Origin: a virus
Taxonomy: Duplodnaviria > Caudoviricetes
IMG/VR virus record: IMGVR_UViG_3300009180_000046
Span: 1 to 60,918 of that record
Direction: 5' to 3' (one strand)
DNA: 60,918 nt
Under the pieces are notes generated by a model. That model searched no databases and was not told the DNA's origin. It saw only the letters and a list, made by a program, of their open reading frames with translations. The position numbers and the translations under genes were made by a program. Below are positions 33,964 through 44,500 of the stretch, piece by piece; position 1 is the stretch's first letter, and every line of letters starts with the position of its first letter.

Positions 33964-36900
33964 ATGATAGAACTTCAAAGAAACTTCCTTTCAGGGGTCA
34001 TGAATAAAGACCTTGACCCTCATTTTTTACCAGATGGTGCATATAGAGATGCGCTTAATATTATTGTGGGTGATTCTGATGGGGCATTTGTCGAGGAAGA
34101 TGGCTCACGTAATGGCGTAGCTCAAAACTACTTAGGTAATATTTTAAAGGGAAGTGATTTAGAGTTAGTCAATGCAATGTGTATTGGGTCTCTTGCGTAC
34201 GAAACAAATAATTCAATTTATTGGTTAGTAGCATCCGATACCCTAGATGCTATATATGAGTATAATGAAACATTAGATACATTAACTCCAGTTATTCAAG
34301 CTACTAAACTAACATCTACCACGCCTTCATTGCTTGGCTTTAACAAGGAGTATTTTGTTACAGGCATAAATTATATCAATGGACTTCTTTTCTGGACTGA
34401 CAACTTAAATCCTCCCCGCAGGATTAATATTGATCGTGCAAAGAATTATGCGGTAGATGGGTTTACCGATGCGGACATTAATGTCATCTTGGCCCCACCA
34501 TTATCTGCACCAACAATTAACTTATATTCAGAAGGTGAGGCCAATAACTTAGAGAATAAGTTTCTTTACTTTTCTTATAGATATAAGTATTTAGATAACG
34601 AATATAGTGCCCTGTCTCCATTTTCTCCTGTAGCTTTCTTCCCAAAAGAATACGCATATGACTATGGTGTATCAGAGAATATATCTATGGTTAATAATTT
34701 TAACACAGCAGATATAACTTTTAATTCAGGTGATAAGAATGTAAAAGAAATACAATTAATATTTAGGGATACATTAAGTACAAATACCTATGTGATTGAT
34801 AATTTAGTTAAATTATTAAATGATTACACGGACAATACAGAATATTCTTTTCAATTTAAAAATAATAAAGTATTTACATTATTGCCAATTGAGCAAGTAA
34901 ATAGACTTTTTGACAATGTACCAATTAGAGCAAAGTCTCAAGAATTAATTGGAAGCAGATTGGTGTATGGTAATTATACCCAATTCTTTGATTTATTAAA
35001 GGAGAACAAGGAGCCCATCAATCCAGCCTTCTCTGTATCATTTATACCTAATTCGGTGGTTAGCGGTACTCCTACTCCTACATTTAAGAGTAATAGAGAT
35101 TACGAAATTGGTATTGTATATTTAGATGATTATGGCAGAACAACTACTGTAATTACGCCTACAGAAAATACTAATACAGTATTTATACCAGCATCGAGTG
35201 CCATTAAGGCAAATAATATTCGAATTACTATTGATGGGACATACCAACCTCCTGCTTTTGCTACGTATTATCGTTTTATGATTAAACAAGATAAGCAAGA
35301 GTACTATAATTTATTCCCATTGACTTATTTTGAAGATGGTCAATTTAAATGGTTCTTGATTAATCAAGCGGATCAAGACAAGATATCTGTAGGTTCTTAT
35401 TTGTATTTAAAGGGCTTGTCAAATAATACCAATATACAATATAAGGTATTAGACATTCAGTCTAAAAATGCAAACTTTTTAAATACGTCTAACGTAAATC
35501 AACCCGCAGGTGTATATTTTAGAATAAAAATTGATGATGCAGTCTTACCTCCAATTACATCTTATTCAGATGCTCAAGTAAGTGATAGCTCATCTACAGA
35601 CACACCTGTTTTTGATAGATTTAGTGTTGCTGAGAATGCAATATTTTATGGTATAGGGTTAAATGATATGACCACTGGTGCATCAAATGCATATAGTGGG
35701 GTAGATGATATTAGATTCTATGTTCAAATAGATAGCGCAAGTACATTTAAATATTACGCTACATATAAGGGAACGTATAAGAATTTAGTTGCATCAAATG
35801 TAGCCATAACGGCAGGCGTTGATCAAGTTTTGACATATTCGGGCCTTAGTTGTTCGATTAATTTTGTATCAGCAACAGGTCATACAATAGATGATTATTG
35901 GGTTGTAAACTGTGTTAGTACAGGAGGTTATAGTATTTTCGGTGGATCTACTAACGAAAGTACATTGCTTTATCCTACTGCATTTTTTACGTTTACAGAT
36001 TGGTCAATAAGCCCATCAGATGATGAGGACAGACCAATTAAAGCGGGTGCTATAGTTACCTTTAAATATAAGGAAACTGACAACACTGACCAGTGGATTA
36101 CTCAAACATTTATCTCAACAAAGGACTATGTTAACATAGAGGAATGGTTTGTTGAAGATTATGTATATAAAAAATGGATTCAATATGATGGTCAATCTAA
36201 AAATTTAGGTGCAAGAAATATTGTATTTAGAAGAGGTGTAGCATCTGCTATAAATCCATCTAGAATATCTCAAGGTGGATCTATAAGTACTGCTTCATTA
36301 GCTTATCCTGTCTATATGTATTTCTATACATATCAATCTACAACAAGTGGAGCTAACGTAGATACTAATTTTAATCTACAGCAATCTGATTATCCATCTT
36401 TGTTTGAGACAGTTCCAGTAGACACCAATCAAGATATATATTATGAGCTTTCACAAACGTATCCTATTATCAATGGCAATCACTATGGAAATGTTGATAA
36501 TCAAGATGTTGCGTTGGGGGCTCCGGCAATAATAGATTTAAACACCTTAAATTTTAATTCAGATTTTAATGCATTTACATTTGGTAACGGAGTAGAAAGT
36601 TTTAGAATTCGTGACGACTTTAATTCCGCAACAATGCAGTTTAGCCCACGAGCTAACTCAACTATTGAAGGATATAAGCAGGAAACGGTTGTTCAGGCAT
36701 TAACATATAGCGGTGTTTATACTCAAACAACCGGAATTAATAGATTAAATGAGTTTAATTTATCACTTGGTAACTTTAAATATTTAGATAGATTCTTTGG
36801 TTCTATTCAAAAATTGTATTCAAGAGATACGGATTTAGTTGTATTGCAAGAAAACAAAGTATCTAAAGTTCTTTATGGTAAAAATTTATTAAGTGATTCT

Positions 36901-38082
36901 ACTGGAGGTGGCGTGGTAACATCCGTTCCCGAAGTGTTAGGAACTCAAATTGCTTACATAGGGGAATATGGAATTAGTTTAAACCCTGAAAGTTTTACTA
37001 TATGGGGTAATGACTTATTCTTTACAGATGCAAGACGTGGTGCTGTTTTGGCATTACAACCTAATGGGCTATTTGAGATATCTTCTCAAGGAATGAAGAA
37101 CTGGTTTAAGGCTAACCTAGATACTAATACAGTAAAACTAGGAATGTTTGATCCGTATTTTGAAAATTATGTATTAGCTGCAGATAATGATAGAAAAATT
37201 AAAACTTGTTCTATATCTGTTACTCCTACAACATTAACATTTGACGGCACTGTTCAAAAGAAATCATTCTATATTGAGTCTAATACTGATTGGATAATAA
37301 CAGTCCCTGTTAATGATTGGTTAACAGTTAGCGATATATTTGGTTCAAATAATCAATTGATTTATGTAGAAGTTTTAGAAAATTTAGGAGCTCCAAGAGA
37401 TTTAGATATTACAATATCTGGTTGTACTGAAGATATTATATTAACTGTTGAACAAGATACGAGACCACCATTAGACGAATACTATGTAATGCATAAGTGT
37501 TCTGACGGTGCTGAAGCTAATTCTATTGCATACCCAGCTGACACATTTGAAATTGATGATAGAGTTACATCAGGTGGTAATACTTATGTTATAGATGGTA
37601 TTATTAATTATAATCCGGGAGGTTCATTGCTTGCAATTACTGCAACAGGATTAACAGGATGCCCTAGTGCTCCTAGTTATGAGTGGTATGTTTTATATAA
37701 ATGCTCTGATGGATCATCAGCAAACTCAGAAGTTTACGCAGGTAATACATTTGAGTTAGATGATAGAGTCACATCGGGTGGTAATACATATATTGTAGAT
37801 GGTATTATTAATTACAATCCGGGTGGTACTTTGCTTGCAATTACTGCGACGGGATTAACAGGATGTCCTAGCCCAACTACTTATTATGAGTTAGCTGAGT
37901 GTTCACCTGGTACAGGATACGCATATACCACAATTGTTCCAGGAGCAGTTGGAAGAAGATATGTATTACCTAGTGGAAGCCCTATTTTCTATACGTTTAC
38001 AGGAGCTACATTATCGCAATACTCGCCTCCTGTTGGGTATAATGGCTCAATTCAAATAACATCGTTCTATAGTTGTCCGTAA
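33964..38082 (+). CDS. tail muzzle/stabilisation protein with C-terminal BACON-like Ig domain and Cys-bounded repeats
   Basis: GVMNKDLDP..LP.G.YRDALN N-terminus, LFWTDNLNPPR.IN, FTDARRGAVL; BACON pattern near aa 1085-1165. Confidence 0.75.
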   Translation: MIELQRNFLSGVMNKDLDPHFLPDGAYRDALNIIVGDSDGAFVEEDGSRNGVAQNYLGNILKGSDLELVNAMCIGSLAYETNNSIYWLVASDTLDAIYEYNETLDTLTPVIQATKLTSTTPSLLGFNKEYFVTGINYINGLLFWTDNLNPPRRINIDRAKNYAVDGFTDADINVILAPPLSAPTINLYSEGEANNLENKFLYFSYRYKYLDNEYSALSPFSPVAFFPKEYAYDYGVSENISMVNNFNTADITFNSGDKNVKEIQLIFRDTLSTNTYVIDNLVKLLNDYTDNTEYSFQFKNNKVFTLLPIEQVNRLFDNVPIRAKSQELIGSRLVYGNYTQFFDLLKENKEPINPAFSVSFIPNSVVSGTPTPTFKSNRDYEIGIVYLDDYGRTTTVITPTENTNTVFIPASSAIKANNIRITIDGTYQPPAFATYYRFMIKQDKQEYYNLFPLTYFEDGQFKWFLINQADQDKISVGSYLYLKGLSNNTNIQYKVLDIQSKNANFLNTSNVNQPAGVYFRIKIDDAVLPPITSYSDAQVSDSSSTDTPVFDRFSVAENAIFYGIGLNDMTTGASNAYSGVDDIRFYVQIDSASTFKYYATYKGTYKNLVASNVAITAGVDQVLTYSGLSCSINFVSATGHTIDDYWVVNCVSTGGYSIFGGSTNESTLLYPTAFFTFTDWSISPSDDEDRPIKAGAIVTFKYKETDNTDQWITQTFISTKDYVNIEEWFVEDYVYKKWIQYDGQSKNLGARNIVFRRGVASAINPSRISQGGSISTASLAYPVYMYFYTYQSTTSGANVDTNFNLQQSDYPSLFETVPVDTNQDIYYELSQTYPIINGNHYGNVDNQDVALGAPAIIDLNTLNFNSDFNAFTFGNGVESFRIRDDFNSATMQFSPRANSTIEGYKQETVVQALTYSGVYTQTTGINRLNEFNLSLGNFKYLDRFFGSIQKLYSRDTDLVVLQENKVSKVLYGKNLLSDSTGGGVVTSVPEVLGTQIAYIGEYGISLNPESFTIWGNDLFFTDARRGAVLALQPNGLFEISSQGMKNWFKANLDTNTVKLGMFDPYFENYVLAADNDRKIKTCSISVTPTTLTFDGTVQKKSFYIESNTDWIITVPVNDWLTVSDIFGSNNQLIYVEVLENLGAPRDLDITISGCTEDIILTVEQDTRPPLDEYYVMHKCSDGAEANSIAYPADTFEIDDRVTSGGNTYVIDGIINYNPGGSLLAITATGLTGCPSAPSYEWYVLYKCSDGSSANSEVYAGNTFELDDRVTSGGNTYIVDGIINYNPGGTLLAITATGLTGCPSPTTYYELAECSPGTGYAYTTIVPGAVGRRYVLPSGSPIFYTFTGATLSQYSPPVGYNGSIQITSFYSCP
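37483..37872 (+). repeat. 204-bp tandem coding duplication
   Basis: Units start at 37483 and 37687: YV..KCSDG..ANS..Y...TFE.DDRVTSGGNTY..DGIINYNPGG.LLAITATGLTGCPS. Confidence 0.9.
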
Positions 38083-38109
38083 CATTAAAATAAGTAAATT
38101 TGTAAGCAT

Positions 38110-38838
38110 ATGGCTAACTATACAATAACATATTCTCCAAGATTATCAGGATGGACATCATACCACTCATATTTACCTGAGTGGATGGTGTCTATGAATA
38201 ATTATTTGTACACATTTAAGAACGGTAATTTATATAAGCACAATTCTAATACAACTAGAAATAGTTATTATGGCGTATTATACCCATCTAAAATAACTAC
38301 TATTTTTAATAATGAGCCATCGCAAACCAAATCTTTCAAAACCATAGCCACTAATTCAACTACTGCTTGGGAAACAGATATTTTATCTGACCAAGGGAGT
38401 GGTTATATTGATGCAGGATGGTATGATTTAAAGGAAGGCACATGGTATGGCTATATTAGAAGAACTGAATTATCTGCTAATAATATATCTATGACATCTG
38501 TCCAAGGTATAGGCAATGTGACTACTTATGTAGCAGGTGTACTTACATTTGCTTTTGACATTGGTCACATAATTAGTACAGGAGATACTCTTTATTGGGT
38601 GAATTCAGGCGTACTTACGCTTATTGGTACAATAACAGCGCATGCTGCAAATACGGTGACAGTAACTGTAACAGGAACTCCACCAACAAATGGTAGCTTT
38701 ATTCTTTATGAAAAAAGTCCAGTAGCTGAATCTAGTCCAACAAGAGGAACTTATCTAAGCGTAGAGTTTACTAATAGCGATACTACTTATACAGAAATGT
38801 TTATGGTAACTTCTGACGTATTCAAGAGTTATCCTTGA
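38110..38838 (+). CDS. tail protein (muzzle C-terminal-like)
   Basis: TITYS....GWTSYHSYLPEWM..MNN.LYTFKNG.LYKHN; TAAATTTG at 38095. Confidence 0.65.
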   Translation: MANYTITYSPRLSGWTSYHSYLPEWMVSMNNYLYTFKNGNLYKHNSNTTRNSYYGVLYPSKITTIFNNEPSQTKSFKTIATNSTTAWETDILSDQGSGYIDAGWYDLKEGTWYGYIRRTELSANNISMTSVQGIGNVTTYVAGVLTFAFDIGHIISTGDTLYWVNSGVLTLIGTITAHAANTVTVTVTGTPPTNGSFILYEKSPVAESSPTRGTYLSVEFTNSDTTYTEMFMVTSDVFKSYP

Positions 38839-38859
38839 TAATTTAATTATATTTGTAGA

Positions 38860-39267
38860 ATGGAATTTAATATTAGGTTGCTAAACGAAAGTGACTATGA
38901 TGACATTCTAGCTAAATGGTGGAAAGATTGGGGGGGAGAAATACCTCCAAGAGATTCATTAGCTAATAATGGCACTGGTGGTTTTATGGTTTCAAAAGGA
39001 GATGTAGACATTTGTGCTGGATTTGCTTATTATACCAACTCATCAATTGCATTTTGTGAATTTGTTGTTTCTAATTATAATTATAGAGAAAAAGATAGAA
39101 ACAAAGCTATTGAATTTTTAATTGAAAGTTTATGCTTAGCATGCAAAGAAGCCGGATATAAGGTTATGTGGGCTTCCGTTCAAAATAAAAACTTAATAAA
39201 TAAATATAAAAATACAGGGTATATTCAAACACAATCAAATTGTGTAGAATTAATAAAACATTTATAA
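38860..39267 (+). CDS. GNAT-fold acetyltransferase-like protein
   Basis: IRLL.ESDY..L..WW, ICAGF.Y, L...YK..GY; position before ejection genes. Confidence 0.6.
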   Translation: MEFNIRLLNESDYDDILAKWWKDWGGEIPPRDSLANNGTGGFMVSKGDVDICAGFAYYTNSSIAFCEFVVSNYNYREKDRNKAIEFLIESLCLACKEAGYKVMWASVQNKNLINKYKNTGYIQTQSNCVELIKHL

Positions 39268-39268
39268 T

Positions 39269-39985
39269 ATGGGTCTTGAAACCGCAGCAGCAATAGGTTT
39301 AGGAATATCAGCACTAGGTTCTGGTTATCAAATATTTCAAGGTGCTAGAGCTAAGTCAGATGCAAGTAGTGCAGCTGCACAAGCTGCGCAACAATATGCT
39401 TCCATTCAAGAAGGCAATAAGTTTAATGAATTACAAGTACCTACATTGGGGCTTGAATTGGCGCAACAAAACCTGCAAGCAAGACAAGCTAGTAATATTC
39501 AAGCATTACAAGAAGGTGGTGCTGCAACGGTTTTAGGCGGGTTAACTGCTGCAAACCAACAAGCTCAAGCTCAAGATTTACAATTAGCAGCACAAGCTCA
39601 AGAAGCGCAATATGCTCGTGATATGGCTCAAGCTCAGAACGCACAACAACTAGAAGCAAATCGTGTAAATCGGGGAGCTGGTTTAGCTCAAAGTAGACTA
39701 CAAGGTGCTCAAGTTGCTGCTGCTGAAGGAGCGGGTGCTATAGCTGCGGGTATTGGTGGGTTAGCTGAAGCTGGAGTTAGTGCTGCTACTTTATCAGCAT
39801 ATAAAGATATCTATGGAAACAAAAAGGGGACTTTAGGTGATACAGATTTTGGTCAATCAGTAAAAACTTATTCAAACCAATTAAAAACTGATCCTATCTT
39901 AGGAGCAGGTTATTTAGGAGTACCTATTGGATTGGGTGGATATTATATGAATCCAGCAATCACTCAATTACCCCAACCAAAATAA
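39269..39985 (+). CDS. internal virion/ejection protein
   Basis: Ala/Gln/Gly-rich with hydrophobic N-terminus. Confidence 0.65.
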   Translation: MGLETAAAIGLGISALGSGYQIFQGARAKSDASSAAAQAAQQYASIQEGNKFNELQVPTLGLELAQQNLQARQASNIQALQEGGAATVLGGLTAANQQAQAQDLQLAAQAQEAQYARDMAQAQNAQQLEANRVNRGAGLAQSRLQGAQVAAAEGAGAIAAGIGGLAEAGVSAATLSAYKDIYGNKKGTLGDTDFGQSVKTYSNQLKTDPILGAGYLGVPIGLGGYYMNPAITQLPQPK

Positions 39986-39987
39986 TT

Positions 39988-41490
39988 ATGGCAGAATACG
40001 CAGGATATGTAGCATCGCAGCCGGTAGATTATGGCAAAATAGGAACAGGACTTGTTTCTAACCTTATTTCTATACAGGAAAAAAAGGCTGAGTATGATGA
40101 AAAAAAACAATTAACTCTTGAAAAGCAACAAGAAAAAGAAGATGTATTATTAGATAGAGATAGCCAAAAAATACAAGATCAAATTAATAAAGATATTTCT
40201 AGTACAGGTTCTCAGAACTTGCAAAGAATAAGTAGTCAATCTGTATACGAAGCTGCTAATGCTGCAGCTCAATTAGGAAGATTAGCCAAGGCTGACAGAA
40301 AAAATGCATATGCATACACTCAAAAGGCCCAAGCATTAGCTAAAAATGTTGGCAGCTTAAGACAAACATTTAATGCCTACGCAAAAGGTTATGATGAAAT
40401 TTTAAAATTAAGTGCAGGACAAGAATTAGATGCATTAGGAGAGGCTATGGCTAAAGATTATGCGCAAGCTGGCGATTTAAATGATGTAAATGCTGGTGTT
40501 GCAAATGATCAAAAAATTGTTTTTTATAAAAAAGATCCAAAAACTGGAGAAGTTATTACTATGGATCCAGAAGTTTATACGGATTACAATAGATTTGTTT
40601 CTAAAAAAGTAGATTACAATAAACTTTTTAATGATTTTACGACCAATAGAATAGGCGAATTTGAGTCTACCTCAAGAGGAGGTGCTTTAACCAAGATTGA
40701 TAGCACTTCAATAATGAATAACCCTAATTTTGAGCCTGAAAAGAAAAAATTCGTTAGTAATTTAACTGCAACTCCATTCAGTACTGCTAAATTTTTAACC
40801 ACGGAAGATCCTAGTTATCAAATTTATCGCGATGAAACTGAGAAAAAACAGTTAATTGAAGATGGTTTTGATGAAAACAAATTAATTAAATTAGGTAAAG
40901 ATGCGGGTGGATACCCTAAGCCTATTATAACAGATGAGATGAAAACTGTTGCTGAGAAATTAGCATCAGATAAAATACAGGCATCTGTTTCATTTAAAAC
41001 AACAGAAAGAAAGAACCCTAATATTATTATTACAACACCTAAGGAGCCTAAGGATATACCAAGGATGGATGTAGTAGAAGCTAAGAAAAAAATACGTCAA
41101 ATTGAATCAAAAGATGATTCTGATGCTATATTTAGAAAAGCTCCAGGATCTGTAGTTAAGTTGGAAAATTTGGCTAAAAAAGCTGGATATAAAAATGTAA
41201 CAATAGTTGATTTACCTGGGGGAGGTCTGGGTATTAGAGCAACAGTGGGAGCTGAAAAAAGACCTTCTAAAGCTAAGGTAATTCAAGAATTCACTAATGG
41301 AGAATCCATTTATTCTTGGAGAAATGGTTTAGACCCTATTGTTGGATCAAATGAATATGCAGAATTAGCTCAAGAAAGAAAAGAAGATTATTTAGACATT
41401 GTTAATGCTGGTAAGGGGCAGATGTTAAAGAGAGCAGCAAAGAGTACAGGTGCAACAAGCACCCAAAAAAAACCAGGTAAATACGACTAG
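39988..41490 (+). CDS. internal virion/ejection protein
   Basis: 500-aa helical protein between ejection genes. Confidence 0.6.
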   Translation: MAEYAGYVASQPVDYGKIGTGLVSNLISIQEKKAEYDEKKQLTLEKQQEKEDVLLDRDSQKIQDQINKDISSTGSQNLQRISSQSVYEAANAAAQLGRLAKADRKNAYAYTQKAQALAKNVGSLRQTFNAYAKGYDEILKLSAGQELDALGEAMAKDYAQAGDLNDVNAGVANDQKIVFYKKDPKTGEVITMDPEVYTDYNRFVSKKVDYNKLFNDFTTNRIGEFESTSRGGALTKIDSTSIMNNPNFEPEKKKFVSNLTATPFSTAKFLTTEDPSYQIYRDETEKKQLIEDGFDENKLIKLGKDAGGYPKPIITDEMKTVAEKLASDKIQASVSFKTTERKNPNIIITTPKEPKDIPRMDVVEAKKKIRQIESKDDSDAIFRKAPGSVVKLENLAKKAGYKNVTIVDLPGGGLGIRATVGAEKRPSKAKVIQEFTNGESIYSWRNGLDPIVGSNEYAELAQERKEDYLDIVNAGKGQMLKRAAKSTGATSTQKKPGKYD

Positions 41491-41505
41491 TTATAATTAA
41501 TATTC

Positions 41506-44500
41506 ATGGATAACGGAAAAAGTTTATATAAACAATTGAGTTCGGATAAATTATATACAAAGTCATATGATGATTTTGTTAAACAATATGGTAACCCAGA
41601 AGGGCAAAAAGAACTGTTTAACAAATTAAGTTCAGATGATTTATATACTAAATCTGAAGAAGAATTTGTTAGTCAATACTGGTCTCCTTTAAAAAAAAAA
41701 GAACCTACGGTATCGAATTCCACTTTGCCGGCTGCTCCATCTACATTGGGATCAAAAGACTTGGGGAAGAAACTTATTTTGGAGTCTGCTTCAAAAGGTA
41801 CTAAAGAAAAGAAACCAAAGCCTGGTGAGAGTGAAGGGTTGCTATTAAAGGATCCTAGTAAATTCAACATAAACTACTTTGACCCATCTAAAAAAGATTG
41901 GCAAGGTCAGTTATATGAGGATGTTAAGATTGAGGATTTGTCTAAAAGTGTTACCACATCTGCTAATGATTTAGCTAAGATGAGTAAGGATTATAAGGCA
42001 AAACAAGATGCATTAAACAAAGAGATAGAAAGCCTAAATGGTCTTATTCAAACTGGATCTATTTCTCCACAAGAAGCTGCTCAAGCACAATCTGAATTAA
42101 AAAAACAGCAAGACTTAACAACTTTTGAGTCTGTTAAAATCTCTGAACTCGCAAGAAGAACAGAGGCTGATCAAGCACGTTTAAATAAAAATGTAGGAGT
42201 ATTAGCATACGAGAAAGCCCACGAAGGATCATTTGGTGGTGCTGCTTGGAATAGTATTGTTGATTCAATAAAAGGAATCGTTAGTGCATATGATACAATA
42301 GGCAATGAAATTTTCACTGAAAACCTAGCTTTATTTCAAGGTATAGGTGCTCTTGCATCTTCTAAATCTGCAAAAGATTGGGAAAAAGAAGCTTTAAAAA
42401 AGAATTTAAGTAAAGCACAAAAAGATAGGAGAGAACGTGTTTTTGAAGAAATAAAATCCTCAACAACGAAAGAGTATGCTGCTCGCATATCAAAAGAAAG
42501 CGATTGGGCCGCTGCTGCACTTGGTGTAACTGGATCTGTTGTACCAATGTTTACAGGTAGTATGTTTACTTCCACGTTTGGTTCCGCAAAAGAGGCTCTA
42601 GACGATATGGAAGGGTCTGAAAATATGACCGAAGGAGAGAAAGTAATCTATGCTACATCAGTGGGTTTGGTTGCAAGAAAACTTGAGAACCTTGGTTTGA
42701 AAGGAATTCAGGCCGCAGTAAAGGGGACAGCTGGTCCAGTAGCTAAATTTGCATCTTGGGTATTTAGATCAGTCCCTAAAAATGCACCAATAAGTATTAT
42801 AGAGAAAAAAGTAGCCGAGTTAGCTGCAACTACAGCTGGACAAAAAATATTACAATTAGCTGATACAAAGGTGGGTAAAGCTGCAGTTGGATTAGGTGAA
42901 TCTATAGTCAGTGAAGGGTATACAGGTGGTTCACAGAAAGCTGCTGAAATGGGAATACAAGAACTAGTTGATTCAGCTAATGGTCTTGATGTATTTAAAA
43001 ACCCAGAATTAACTTCGGCTGCAGCTGCAGAAGCTATTGTACAAGATGCTAAGTTAGAAGCCATGGGTTCTGTACTTATGTTTGGGGTTGGATATGGAGC
43101 AAAGACTTTATTACAAGCTTCCACATCTGGTAAACTATCAGACAAACAATATGCAGATTACAAAGCAATGTTATCTAGCCCAGAATTGTACCAGGCAAAA
43201 ATATCTGAAATTAGTAAGCGCATTTCTAATGAACAAATAACCGTAGAAGAAGGTCAGGTAGAAGTTGATGAGATTAATAAAGCAAGAGATATCATCAAAC
43301 AAATACCAGAAAATCTATCTGAGAACAGTCAAAAGAAAGCGTTCTTATTAATATCTGAGAATAATAAAGTACAAGAAGAAATTGATCAGTTATCAAAAGA
43401 AATAGCTGACAAAAACCCTCAACTTGTTACAGGTGTAACCGAGCAGATAAATAAGAAACAAGAAGTAATAAATAATAATAATCAAAAACTTTTAGCCCTA
43501 CCACAAAATGCCGTTCAAGAGCAAACAACAAGTGAAGTACCTGTACAGCCAGAAACCGGAGTTAGCGGAGAAGTGGCGAAAGGAGAACCCCAATCAGAAA
43601 ATCAAGTCCCTATCGAAGAAGGTAAAGGGCAAGAAGTAGAAATTAAAAATGAAGGTAAAGCGGAATCACCTACAACAGAAAATGTTGAAGTAAGATTGCG
43701 TATAAATAATCCTTTTTATCAAAAAGTTTCAGATGCCTTAGATAAACTTGGTATAATTAAAAAATTTAATCCAGAAACACGAGAGGGTGATATTATTGGT
43801 GGTGTTCAACAGCCGATGAAAAACGGAGGTATAGCTTCTGGAGATATGTATTTTAAACCTGACGGATCAATATCATATATAAAAGATGGATATATTGTTG
43901 AGTTTGATAAAAATGGAAACGTTATTAGTCACAATAAAACAGAGGTAGAAGAAAATAATAAAAAACTAAAAACTCAAGCAGTTAAAGAAACCATAGAAAG
44001 TCTTAAGAAACAACGAGATTCAGAAGATTTTAAATACAAAGAAGTATCTGAAACTTCGGATGTTTTTGGAAATAGAAAAAAAACAAAAAGATTAAAAACA
44101 GCAGAAGAATTAAAAGAAAGTACTGATAAAATCAATGCAGCAATATCTAAAGCTGAAGAAGAATTATATCAATTAGAACCTCAAGCATCCATAGAAGAAG
44201 TATCTCCTACTGAAGAAGTTAATAAAGAAAAAGAGTTAAGAGATACTACTATAAACAAAGTTGTTGACGAAGTAAAAGAACAACAAAGAATTTACCCTAA
44301 GAGGTCTTTACTTAAGCACTTAGAATCAGGAATTAATAGTCTGCAGAAAAGTGATGCTTACGTTAATGCTGACGACATTACTAGAGAGCAAATGGTTCGT
44401 GATGTACGTAAAGCTTTAGGTGTAAAAGAAACCCGTGTTAAATCAAAGGTGTTGGCTGCAAAACCTGCCTCTAAAACTACTGTTGTAAATGATGCGGAAG

